DNA from: a virus
Virus record (IMG/VR): IMGVR_UViG_3300021168_000018
Length of the DNA stretch: 32,088 bases
Strand: one strand, 5' to 3'
Each line of letters begins with the position of its first letter. Position 1 is the first letter of the stretch. A model generated the notes under the pieces. That model did not search any database. It was given only the letters and a program-made list of their open reading frames with translations, and had not been told where the DNA came from. Made by a program: the position numbers and the translations under genes. Below are positions 8,748-16,941 of the stretch, in pieces.

Positions 8748-9921
8748 GAAGGGACCTCCGCATACTGGATTCTTTGGTGCGAGGCTGGCGGGTGACCAAA
8801 TCTGGCTCGACTTGGCGGCCTGCTCCACGTGGGAATTCGTGACCTAGACCGTCGTCGATTCTGCTGCGAGTGTTGGATTCTCGGCCGAAATTGGCGATGC
8901 GCTTGCGACGTTTCGCACTTGCCATCATCGGCTTATTCGCGTCTTGGGGATTGAGCTTGACCGGGGGAGCGTTCGGGTCCTGGATATCCTGACTCGGCTG
9001 CTCGGATTTCTTCGGGACAGGGACAGGAGATTGCTTGCCACTGATGCCTGGAGTGGCTTCGGCAGAAGCTTTTAACCCTCTGCTGTTAAGATACTGATGG
9101 AGTTCTCCAGCTTGGCTTCCTTGGCCAATCAGTCTTTGTCCTCCAGATTGCCCGACTTTGAAATGGTCCCATACACCTTTATGCAGCGTATTCTGAGAAC
9201 CATTCATAGCGATGATATCCTTACCTTTTTGAAACTGATGGTAAGGTTGGGTTTTTCCATCATCATCCTTGAAACTAGTAGTTTTGACTTGCTTGAACCC
9301 ATGTTTCTGTAGAACCTTCGCCTTTAGCCTATTCCATTTAGGAATTTTGCTTCCACTAGATTTCTCTTTAGGATGTTTCCCACCTTGAGGACCAGAACCT
9401 GGACCTCCTTCTCCCGCTTCACTCTGCTGCATCGACTGTCCCTGTTCAGGTTGCTGCTTTCCCTGTTTCGCTTGCTGCTTCGCCTTCGTAAAGATGTCTT
9501 GGTGATGTTCCATCGCGGCGACATGAGCGTGGCCGAGGTCAGAGTCCAGACCAGCCTTGTCCGCCTGCTTCTTGTGAAACATCATGGCGGCTTTGTTCGC
9601 TTTCATGATTGCTTTCGGTGGCAATTCGCCCATCTGGTCGCCGCCGTTCTCGAACATTTCCTGCAAGCGATTCCCTTCGCGAGTATACATCTTAGAAGCG
9701 CGGAAGTGCGCCAATCCACGATTGGTATTGATGCCATGTTTCGCAGATTGACGCAGGTGGAATTCCTTGGCTTCCTTGATGACCTGAGCGCCTGCTCTGT
9801 CTTCGCGCAATCGCTTGATTTCTGTTTTCTGCTTCTTCATGAAGTCGCCAAGCGTCGGCGGCGTATAGTTCGCGCCCGGTTCATCTTCGCCAGCACAACC
9901 AATTCCAAGATAGTGGCTCAT
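8683..9921 (-). CDS. Head-associated basic protein (412 aa; about 603 aa if frameshifted)
   Basis: LRED, IKEA, LQEM, QSEAGE-GGPGSGP, LKAS, GRES, TKES motifs; ATGA-coupled to the upstream gene. Confidence 0.8.
   Translation of the reverse strand: MSHYLGIGCAGEDEPGANYTPPTLGDFMKKQKTEIKRLREDRAGAQVIKEAKEFHLRQSAKHGINTNRGLAHFRASKMYTREGNRLQEMFENGGDQMGELPPKAIMKANKAAMMFHKKQADKAGLDSDLGHAHVAAMEHHQDIFTKAKQQAKQGKQQPEQGQSMQQSEAGEGGPGSGPQGGKHPKEKSSGSKIPKWNRLKAKVLQKHGFKQVKTTSFKDDDGKTQPYHQFQKGKDIIAMNGSQNTLHKGVWDHFKVGQSGGQRLIGQGSQAGELHQYLNSRGLKASAEATPGISGKQSPVPVPKKSEQPSQDIQDPNAPPVKLNPQDANKPMMASAKRRKRIANFGRESNTRSRIDDGLGHEFPRGAGRQVEPDLVTRQPRTKESSMRRSLRRPVWETDDSERDRSASGLTA
8746..8760 (-). promoter_or_regulatory. 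Second prfB-like +1 frameshift site
   Basis: CGG AGG TCC CTT CGG: GGAGG + 3 nt + CUU-C, with a CGG Arg codon in the A site; the +1 frame is the 8109 ORF. Confidence 0.62.
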
Positions 9922-10487
9922 ACTAGGAATCCTCCATTGACCATCGGATGCTCTGCTGCCAATTCTTCGTCGTCAGGAAAGTTTGCTTTTGTTTTGACCA
10001 ATTCTTCCCACTGGACCTTGAGCAAAATATCTGCTGTAAAAATAAGATTCTTCCAGAACATCTGGTCATGCAGCACGACATGACTGAGGCCAAGCTGTTT
10101 TCGGTGCGGCTTTTCAGCAACCCATCGCTCCAGCAATTCTACTACTCGCAACGCTACGTCTCTGATATTAGAGTTACTTTGTAGGAGCGTGACCAAATCT
10201 AGGTTGCGCTTGATGGGATTCTTGCCTTCCAGCCTGCCGCGAATGGCTGGTTTATCGTCGGCTTCTACGTACTTGATGTCTATTTTCAGGAAGTCCCCGT
10301 TCTGACCGTTCTCGATGCTGCAATGGAAGTACATGTCCTTGGGGTCTTCTGGACGGTCCATTGCCGTATAGAGAGTATGAGCATAGATAAGCATCAGGAA
10401 CTTGGATATTTCCTCATTCTTGTCTAGCACATCCGCCACTAGCTTTGGATGCGTAGATTTCAGGACTTCATAAACGCTGTCGGCCAC
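9918..10487 (-). CDS. Hypothetical protein (189 aa)
   Basis: SD AGGAGG before GTG; globular composition; no recognisable motif. Confidence 0.75.
   Translation of the reverse strand: MADSVYEVLKSTHPKLVADVLDKNEEISKFLMLIYAHTLYTAMDRPEDPKDMYFHCSIENGQNGDFLKIDIKYVEADDKPAIRGRLEGKNPIKRNLDLVTLLQSNSNIRDVALRVVELLERWVAEKPHRKQLGLSHVVLHDQMFWKNLIFTADILLKVQWEELVKTKANFPDDEELAAEHPMVNGGFLV
10169..10180 (-). promoter_or_regulatory. Candidate promoter motif AAAGTAACTCTA (intragenic, about 250 nt upstream of the head-protein cluster)
   Basis: Exact 12-mer also at 29781 and 31455. Confidence 0.4.
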
Positions 10488-10495
10488 TCTTCCTC

Positions 10496-11197
10496 CTATG
10501 ATACAATTACGACACTGTCAGCCATCATATCGAACGCCGCGAGTTTCCCAGAAAATCCCGCTCCCAAGTCTATTCCCAGTTTACCAGCTCTGCGAAACGG
10601 CTGTCTAAATGGGACGTGGGAAAATACCACTGTCTTGTTTGGAATCTGCCTGCCGTCCTGTAACCACCAGTTGTTCTCCCCGAACACGATTTCTTCCGGT
10701 CTACTTAGGTCCCTGCCATACAGAGTTGGATGGCCTCCGTTGTGAGTTAGCACGAAAGGGAACACGCCGTCCTCGTACCAGTGATTGGGCTCTGTCTCTT
10801 GCATGAACCTGATATGTGGCTCTGGAATTTTCAGCGGTATCTCAGCTAAAGCGGTCCCTTTGCCAGACATGTATATCAATTTCTTGTCGTCGGCGTAGCT
10901 TTTGAAAACCCTTCCGCCGTTCATGTCGCCCCAGATTTTCTGGTGGTACAGAGATGGATTCTCGCTGATGCAGTGACCGAATGCCCACTCATAGCACCCC
11001 ATTAGAAATATCGTGTTGGGCAGTTTCTTCCTGAACGCTATCAGGTAGTCTAGAACGCCTTTGCTATCCGAACCCGGACCAAGATAAGAGCCAAGGAATA
11101 CGATGCTGTCGTCAATAGTTGGCGCTATCTTGTCCATCAGCTTTTTCAGCAAGTTGAGTTCACCACGTACATCTGCTATTGCGAATCGTCTTTGCAT
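10496..11197 (-). CDS. Ser/Thr phosphatase-family (calcineurin-like) protein with degenerate active site
   Basis: Motif order matches lambda-PP/ApaH-like enzymes: AIADVRG, FLGSYLGPG, LMGCYE, THNG, VVFSHVP, GIDLGA. Confidence 0.8.
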   Translation of the reverse strand: MQRRFAIADVRGELNLLKKLMDKIAPTIDDSIVFLGSYLGPGSDSKGVLDYLIAFRKKLPNTIFLMGCYEWAFGHCISENPSLYHQKIWGDMNGGRVFKSYADDKKLIYMSGKGTALAEIPLKIPEPHIRFMQETEPNHWYEDGVFPFVLTHNGGHPTLYGRDLSRPEEIVFGENNWWLQDGRQIPNKTVVFSHVPFRQPFRRAGKLGIDLGAGFSGKLAAFDMMADSVVIVS

Positions 11198-11568
11198 TAG
11201 AGTGTCGAGTCGTTCTTGATGGTCAATAGCCCATCGTCTGCTGAGATTAGAATCAGGCCAGTATTGAAAGTCACTTGAACGGAATATCGAAACACGCCGT
11301 CTTTTCCCATGCTTGGCGGAGCGGCTAAGTCGCCAGCCACGAATACGTATTGGACAATCCCGCCGGAAGGATTCGTGATTGTCATATTCACTTGTTTTGA
11401 TGGAGGCAGTGGTTTGCTCTTGGTGTCACAGATAACAAACGAGAGTTGGACCTGTGTAGCGCCTGACAGATTGAGCGGCGTGGCCGCAGGGGGAGTTTGG
11501 CTCTGGTCTATGTTCACCAGATTCAGCTGGAGAGTGTTGCCGACTTCTCCGATTGTTAGGTCTGCCAT
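11197..11568 (-). CDS. BppU N-terminal-like virion protein (123 aa)
   Basis: GEVGNTLQLNL...PLNLSGA...NPSGGIVQYVFVAGDL...GVFRYSVQVTF pattern. Confidence 0.6.
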   Translation of the reverse strand: MADLTIGEVGNTLQLNLVNIDQSQTPPAATPLNLSGATQVQLSFVICDTKSKPLPPSKQVNMTITNPSGGIVQYVFVAGDLAAPPSMGKDGVFRYSVQVTFNTGLILISADDGLLTIKNDSTL

Positions 11569-11595
11569 AGTTTCGCCTTTGAACAAAATTACTTT

Positions 11596-12915
11596 TCAGC
11601 CTATCAAATTTCCAAATCTCCTGCTCCCGGCCATTCCATAGTTTAGCTTAGGCCCAGATATGTTTGGGTTGAATGGAATGAGAGCTATAGAAAATCCAGC
11701 GGGGAAAGCGTGGCCGCCACTGTTATCGTCTGTCGCTGAGACTGTGTTAGGGCCAGACAGGTTAGCTATGGTATCAAAGAAACAGAACCCGCCTACGCCG
11801 GGACTATTCTGACTGCCTGCTCTAGGAGTTCCAGAAAGGGCAGACCAGTTCTGACCGAAACCTTGATAGCCGGTCATAGAAATTATCAATTCTTGTGTCA
11901 ATGCTAGAGTAAGTATGTAGTTTATCGTATTGGTCCCGTTGTCACCTGACCCACTACTCGTGTCTTCTGGGTTAGATGGGACTACTCCGGAATATTCAGC
12001 TGCCACTGACTGAAACGGAATAGCAGGAGGAGAAGCACTAAGAATTGTCAGCACGTTAGCCGGTCCCAGACCGTTGCTCCCATTGGTCACGTAGGCTGCC
12101 CAGAAAACGTAGAAAGCTGTACCAAAACTGTCTGCTTCGGCAGCCCCGTCTAGTCTGAAATAGTTGTTGACTTCTGTATCCGTGACCCCGGTCACTAGAT
12201 CTACAGAAGTCCCACTCTGAAATATCCCGATGACTATGAGATTGCCATTACTATTTCCGAGCGGGAAAATAGCGTTTGCTGCTGCAGAAACCAGACCGCC
12301 ACTGAAATTAGACACGCGGATATCAGAATTCAAAGTCGTCCCTGCTAGGTACAGACCAGCTATCCCGCTCGCAAATGTCGTATCAGTCACAGAACCAATT
12401 AGCACCCCGTTCTGATAAAAACTAAGTTTAGATCCAAGAGCCTCCGCCCTGAAAACGTCACCGATACTGAACGGCAAAGCAGAATTCTCAAAAAGAGCTG
12501 TAGAATTTCCGCCAACAATGACCAAGATAAGTACATCAGCTGTTCCATTCGCTCTGTCTATGAATGCAAAATCATAGCAGTTATCCTGTGTGCTGTCTGA
12601 GCGTAAAATTAAATCAAATTCGCCACTGTTACTTATGTTGGTCGTTTTTGTCAGAACTGTAACTTCTGCGTACTGATCGTTAGGCCAAGTAATCCCAGTG
12701 TAATTTTCAGCCCCTTGCGGTTCCCCAGCTAACAGGACCGTAGGTTCACAGGTGTCGCTTACGATCTGCAAATTCGGAAATGACCCACTCGGCGCTAGTG
12801 GTGACCAACGCGTAGAATCTAGTGGATTCTCATTTGCCCTGTTGAAAGTGTCTAATGCCAACTGAGTATGTGTACTTCCAGAGTTGTAATTAGACTCTCT
12901 TACGAACGCAATCAC
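11596..12915 (-). CDS. Virion structural protein with a lectin/ConA-like beta-sandwich (439 aa)
   Basis: DTFNRANENPL...WPNDQYAEVT...GDVFRAEALGSKLSFYQNG...VTDTTFASGIAGL, followed by a second beta-rich domain. Confidence 0.6.
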   Translation of the reverse strand: MIAFVRESNYNSGSTHTQLALDTFNRANENPLDSTRWSPLAPSGSFPNLQIVSDTCEPTVLLAGEPQGAENYTGITWPNDQYAEVTVLTKTTNISNSGEFDLILRSDSTQDNCYDFAFIDRANGTADVLILVIVGGNSTALFENSALPFSIGDVFRAEALGSKLSFYQNGVLIGSVTDTTFASGIAGLYLAGTTLNSDIRVSNFSGGLVSAAANAIFPLGNSNGNLIVIGIFQSGTSVDLVTGVTDTEVNNYFRLDGAAEADSFGTAFYVFWAAYVTNGSNGLGPANVLTILSASPPAIPFQSVAAEYSGVVPSNPEDTSSGSGDNGTNTINYILTLALTQELIISMTGYQGFGQNWSALSGTPRAGSQNSPGVGGFCFFDTIANLSGPNTVSATDDNSGGHAFPAGFSIALIPFNPNISGPKLNYGMAGSRRFGNLIG

Positions 12916-12916
12916 T

Positions 12917-15900
12917 TTACCTCACAATCACGATTCGCATGACGATGCCATTCACTATCACAGTCTCTATCAACTCTTCGTTGAATTGCAGAGTTCCTGC
13001 CACTGGATTGTAGAATATGATGTTTCTAATGATTATGCTGCCAGGAGGCGTGGACAGCGCGAACTCCGTTGGTGATGTGAATATATCTCCAAGTGTGAAC
13101 GTTGGAGGATTGGCTCTCCTATTCCATACTGTGAAGTCCGTAGCAAGTCCATTCGCTAGAGTCGCCAGTGTAGGATTGATTTGGTTGACGTAGTCAGTAG
13201 TTGCGAATTTTTGTGGCAAAGCGTTTGGAGGCACGAACGCCAGGAACGCCGTGCTGGTTGGTAGCAATGCCAGAGTCGGTCTGTCTTGACTTACGAAATT
13301 AGGTACAGCATATTTCAGAGTGACAGCTTGCTTGCCGTCAGTAGATTGCCAGCCAGAAATAGTGAACTGAGAGAGCAGCTTGGTCAAGCCGAAATCATTT
13401 TGCTCTGTAGGACCGGAGTAGGTGAGAACTACAGCACTCTGGCCGATTGTCGATGACCAGTCCGCCGGGTTGGGAATGATTGGCGATACCACGGTCACAC
13501 TGACGTCTTCCACAGCGACAGAAAAATATGTCGAGGAGAAGAATTGGTTTTGTAACGGGACAAACGAAATTGGCAGCAATACCCGTGTAGGATTGTTCTG
13601 AGTTACGAAGTCTGATGCAGCATATTTCAAAACTACAGCACTCTTGCCATCTGTAGACTGCCATCCAGGTAGGAATGTTGTGGCTGCTATCGTTATGCCA
13701 AACTTAGCAGGAGCAGTCCAATCTGTAGCAGCATATCTCTGGGGTTGAGCATTAGGCACAGTCAAGTCATACAAGAAAACTGGCAGCGTGCCCAAGTCTG
13801 CTTTAATCTGACCGTTCCAGTCTGTAGGAGCATATTTCTGAGGTTGAGCTAGGATTGCGTCGTATGGAATGAACCCTAGCGATGTTAGAACAAGCGTTGG
13901 ATTAGCTTGGCTTGAGAAATCGCATTGCAGATAGTTCAGCTCTACAGCATTCTGACCAGTAGTTGGAGTCCAGCTCTCGATTGTCGGTGAAACCACTACG
14001 ATCAAGCCTAGTCTAGTTGGGACAACCAGCCCCGCTTCAGCATATCTCAATACGACCGCATTTTGACCTGTCGTAGAAGTCCAGCTATCTACTGTCGGAG
14101 TAGCAGCCTGAATCAACCCAAATCTTGTTGGAGCAGTCCAAACAGGAGCAGCGTATCTCTGTGGCTGAGAATTGACCCCTAATGTCTCTTGAGAAAGTGC
14201 TTCATTGATTGCTACAGCATCTGCTGGACCAGTACTCGTGTCGCCCATTGAGTACCAATCGAATTTAGGAAAATAAACATCTTCTCCACGCCATGAAATC
14301 GGTGATACAGCGCTCGTAGGAGAGACGACTGCTGGATTTATATCTGACCTGGAACGCGCATACCCTCTTAGATTTTGGACAGCGCCTATCGTTGGGCTCC
14401 AACCAGAGATAGTCACAACTATAGGAGTCGTCAAACCAAACTTCGCAGGCGCTGACCAATCCACAAGCGCATAACTCTGAGGCTGCGACTTTATAGCGTC
14501 GTACAATAAGAATCCCAGAGAAGTCAATACATGAGTCGGCAAAAGTTGATTCACGAAATCAGGTTGAGCGTATTTCAATACTACAGCGTTCTGTCCAGAC
14601 GTTGGAGTCCACTCAGACACGAATGTGGTCGCTGGAGCTATGAGACCGAATTTAGCAGGAGCACTGAGATTGTCTCCAGGCTGGAACTTGTTAAATTCAG
14701 ACCATGGAATCTCTGCAAGTCCAGACAAGACTGGCAGCGTAGCGAGAGTAGGTTTCACCTGATTTATGAAATCTGTTAGAGCGTATCTCAAAATGACGGC
14801 GTTCTGACCTATGGTCGAAGTCCAGCTATCTATCGTAGGCGTTGTTGGAGCTATGACACCAAACTTGGCAGGAGCAGAGAATGTGTCTCCCTGTGCGAAC
14901 TTAACGAACTCTGACCACGGTATTTCAGCCAGACCAGAAAGCAGAGTCGGAAGAGTAGCAAGAGTCGGCCTAACTTGGTTCACATAGTCTGATTTAGTGT
15001 AGTTTAGAACTATAGATTTCTGTCCATCTATGCCATACCACTGTGATACGAAAGCAGCCGGTAGATTGAACTTGGCGGGTGACGACGAGTAGTCTACAAG
15101 AGCATATTTCTGAGGTTGAGCTAGGATTGCGTCGTATGGAATGAACCCTAGCGATGTTAGAACAAGCGTTGGATTAGCTTGACTTACAAAGTCCGTAGTA
15201 GCGTATTTTAGAGTTACAGAAACTTGCCCATCCGTAGATGTTCTTCCTGGCAGATATGTCACAGCCGCCTGAGCAGTAGGAATTAGAACAGGTTTGATAG
15301 CATCTACAGGTGCAGAATACGTGAGTGGTTGAGAATTTTGTCCGTCTGTGCTCTTCCAGCTGTCTGTCGTGAATATCGGCGGCGGAGCAGCTGGACCACC
15401 AGAAGATATCGATCTAGCGTACCCTGATATTCTTGAAATACTTCCAATAGTTGGAGTCCAGTTACTAAGAGTTATCGGAGCAGACGTAGGTGGGTTCGAT
15501 GGACCGATATCTGGAAAGACTCTAGCGTAGCCCCTAATTTTGAATGTGCTTGTCGGCGGATACTGTCTAGGACCGGTCATCATTGGAACTGTGACTATGT
15601 TCTGTTGTGGTAGTGTCGGTTTAATCCACAAATCTGGTGAAGCGTGCATCTGCGGTTGCGCGTTCTTAGCTGCCTCTGGATAAACTTTCCATCCTAACAT
15701 CGGCACTGTAGGAATTAATTGCTGAGGAAGGGTAGGCTTCACGAAGTCTGATGAAGATGTAGCAAACGGCGCGACTACAGTCCTATCATAGCCACTACCA
15801 ACTCCAATTCTTTCAGTTGTCATCCAACTAGCAGGCATAGAAACAACAAGTTCTATGACACCCATCGCCCATGCGGTATCAGTGTTCGTGTAAGCAACGG

Positions 15901-16450
15901 TTAAACTTCCAGGAGCAGTTGCAGTATTATACCCTTGAGCTCCACCTATCAGAGTTGTAGCGTCTACGTGCCCAGCATCAGTTCCTGTACTAATAGTGAA
16001 GGTTCCAGTGCCAGAACCTGCAAATCCAGCAACGATATAGCTGCTAGGATTTTTCGTTGTTAGAGATTGCGTTGGATTTGCGGAACTTTGAGTAGAGCTG
16101 GCAGCGTTTCCGACACCAGAAGCTCCTGTGAAACTAGAAGCTTCAGCTACGAATATAGAATTTCCTGAAAGATTAATAGTCACCGTATTAGAAGCATTTG
16201 CTGTCTTGGCAAAGGAAACCCAAGTCTCCAGCCTGACAACTGAACCATCGTTTATAGTCGCAGTAGGGATATTGAAATATTTATTCCCAGCTAAGTCCGT
16301 GACAGTTGAAACTATAGAACCGACTGTTATAATCATCACTTGAACGACCACGATGTCCCCAGCTTTCGTGTTGAAAGCCGCAGTCGTTCCAGAAGAGGTA
16401 ACAGCACTACTCTGGGCTACTCCTCCATTGGCGTTGAATGCTATCGCCAC
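12917..16450 (-). CDS. Large repetitive virion/fibre-like protein (1177 aa)
   Basis: N-terminal ~200-aa beta-sandwich-like domain, then P/T/S-rich degenerate repeats (WxxTxGQxAVxLKYAxxDFVxQxxPT; QPQxYAxxDWxAPAKFG). Confidence 0.7.
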   Translation of the reverse strand: MAIAFNANGGVAQSSAVTSSGTTAAFNTKAGDIVVVQVMIITVGSIVSTVTDLAGNKYFNIPTATINDGSVVRLETWVSFAKTANASNTVTINLSGNSIFVAEASSFTGASGVGNAASSTQSSANPTQSLTTKNPSSYIVAGFAGSGTGTFTISTGTDAGHVDATTLIGGAQGYNTATAPGSLTVAYTNTDTAWAMGVIELVVSMPASWMTTERIGVGSGYDRTVVAPFATSSSDFVKPTLPQQLIPTVPMLGWKVYPEAAKNAQPQMHASPDLWIKPTLPQQNIVTVPMMTGPRQYPPTSTFKIRGYARVFPDIGPSNPPTSAPITLSNWTPTIGSISRISGYARSISSGGPAAPPPIFTTDSWKSTDGQNSQPLTYSAPVDAIKPVLIPTAQAAVTYLPGRTSTDGQVSVTLKYATTDFVSQANPTLVLTSLGFIPYDAILAQPQKYALVDYSSSPAKFNLPAAFVSQWYGIDGQKSIVLNYTKSDYVNQVRPTLATLPTLLSGLAEIPWSEFVKFAQGDTFSAPAKFGVIAPTTPTIDSWTSTIGQNAVILRYALTDFINQVKPTLATLPVLSGLAEIPWSEFNKFQPGDNLSAPAKFGLIAPATTFVSEWTPTSGQNAVVLKYAQPDFVNQLLPTHVLTSLGFLLYDAIKSQPQSYALVDWSAPAKFGLTTPIVVTISGWSPTIGAVQNLRGYARSRSDINPAVVSPTSAVSPISWRGEDVYFPKFDWYSMGDTSTGPADAVAINEALSQETLGVNSQPQRYAAPVWTAPTRFGLIQAATPTVDSWTSTTGQNAVVLRYAEAGLVVPTRLGLIVVVSPTIESWTPTTGQNAVELNYLQCDFSSQANPTLVLTSLGFIPYDAILAQPQKYAPTDWNGQIKADLGTLPVFLYDLTVPNAQPQRYAATDWTAPAKFGITIAATTFLPGWQSTDGKSAVVLKYAASDFVTQNNPTRVLLPISFVPLQNQFFSSTYFSVAVEDVSVTVVSPIIPNPADWSSTIGQSAVVLTYSGPTEQNDFGLTKLLSQFTISGWQSTDGKQAVTLKYAVPNFVSQDRPTLALLPTSTAFLAFVPPNALPQKFATTDYVNQINPTLATLANGLATDFTVWNRRANPPTFTLGDIFTSPTEFALSTPPGSIIIRNIIFYNPVAGTLQFNEELIETVIVNGIVMRIVIVR
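13828..13909. repeat. 82-bp exact direct repeat, copy 1
   Basis: Identical to 15100-15181; encodes QANPTLVLTSLGFIPYDAILAQPQKYA. Confidence 0.9.
15100..15181. repeat. 82-bp exact direct repeat, copy 2
   Basis: Identical to 13828-13909. Confidence 0.9.
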
Positions 16451-16453
16451 TTC

Positions 16454-16837
16454 TTACCCCAGATTCCAAAAATTAGTCATGCCTTCAGAACCTTCAGTCA
16501 CTCTGTGGAAGACTCCTGTTATGGTGAATGGACTCGTAGTCAGGTCACCATTAGAGGTCACGCCAACACTCCAAGCAGTCAATCCAGTAGTACTGGACAT
16601 GTTGAAAGCTGTAGGATCACCGGCATTGAAAGTCACGGAAGTCGTAGTTAAAGCACCTAAAGTAGAGACTCCTACCTGCCAAGAGGTGGAAACCAACGGG
16701 TCATCTAGAATCAAAGTTATCGGGACACCGGAACCAGACGGTACTGATTGTGTTCGCAAAGCACCTAAATCATTCACGGTAACTTTCCAAAGCTGTCCAC
16801 TAGAATCTTTCAGTAAAAATGAAGATACGACTGACAT
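16454..16837 (-). CDS. Small virion protein with three internal repeats (127 aa)
   Basis: WKVTVNDLGALRT, WQVGVSTLGALTT, WSVGVTSNGDLTT. Confidence 0.7.
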   Translation of the reverse strand: MSVVSSFLLKDSSGQLWKVTVNDLGALRTQSVPSGSGVPITLILDDPLVSTSWQVGVSTLGALTTTSVTFNAGDPTAFNMSSTTGLTAWSVGVTSNGDLTTSPFTITGVFHRVTEGSEGMTNFWNLG

Positions 16838-16846
16838 ATCAATACC

Positions 16847-16941
16847 TCACAGTGTGACGTTTATCTGCAATATCTTAGTATGTGGCACTAGAATTAGTAC
16901 CAATCCTATAGGAGCAGTAACGATAAGAAGATACGTTTCAT
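16847..16941 (-). pseudogene. Recombination scar: truncated signal-peptide start plus orphan C-terminal frame
   Basis: TAATG-coupled MKRIFLSLLLL* (16906-16941). Another frame reads IVTAPIGLVLILVPHTKILQINVTL* and ends at 16847, where TGAGG serves as the next gene's SD. Confidence 0.45.

Noticed and set aside
8748-8828. GTG at 8828 as a true start of the 239-aa ORF
   Set aside because: No SD, a 146-nt overlap with the upstream gene, and a frameshift motif at the crossover.
13828-15181. 82-bp repeat pair as a DGR template/variable repeat or CRISPR repeat
   Set aside because: The copies are identical (no adenine-specific mismatches), both are in frame inside one CDS, and there is no reverse transcriptase or spacer array in the window.
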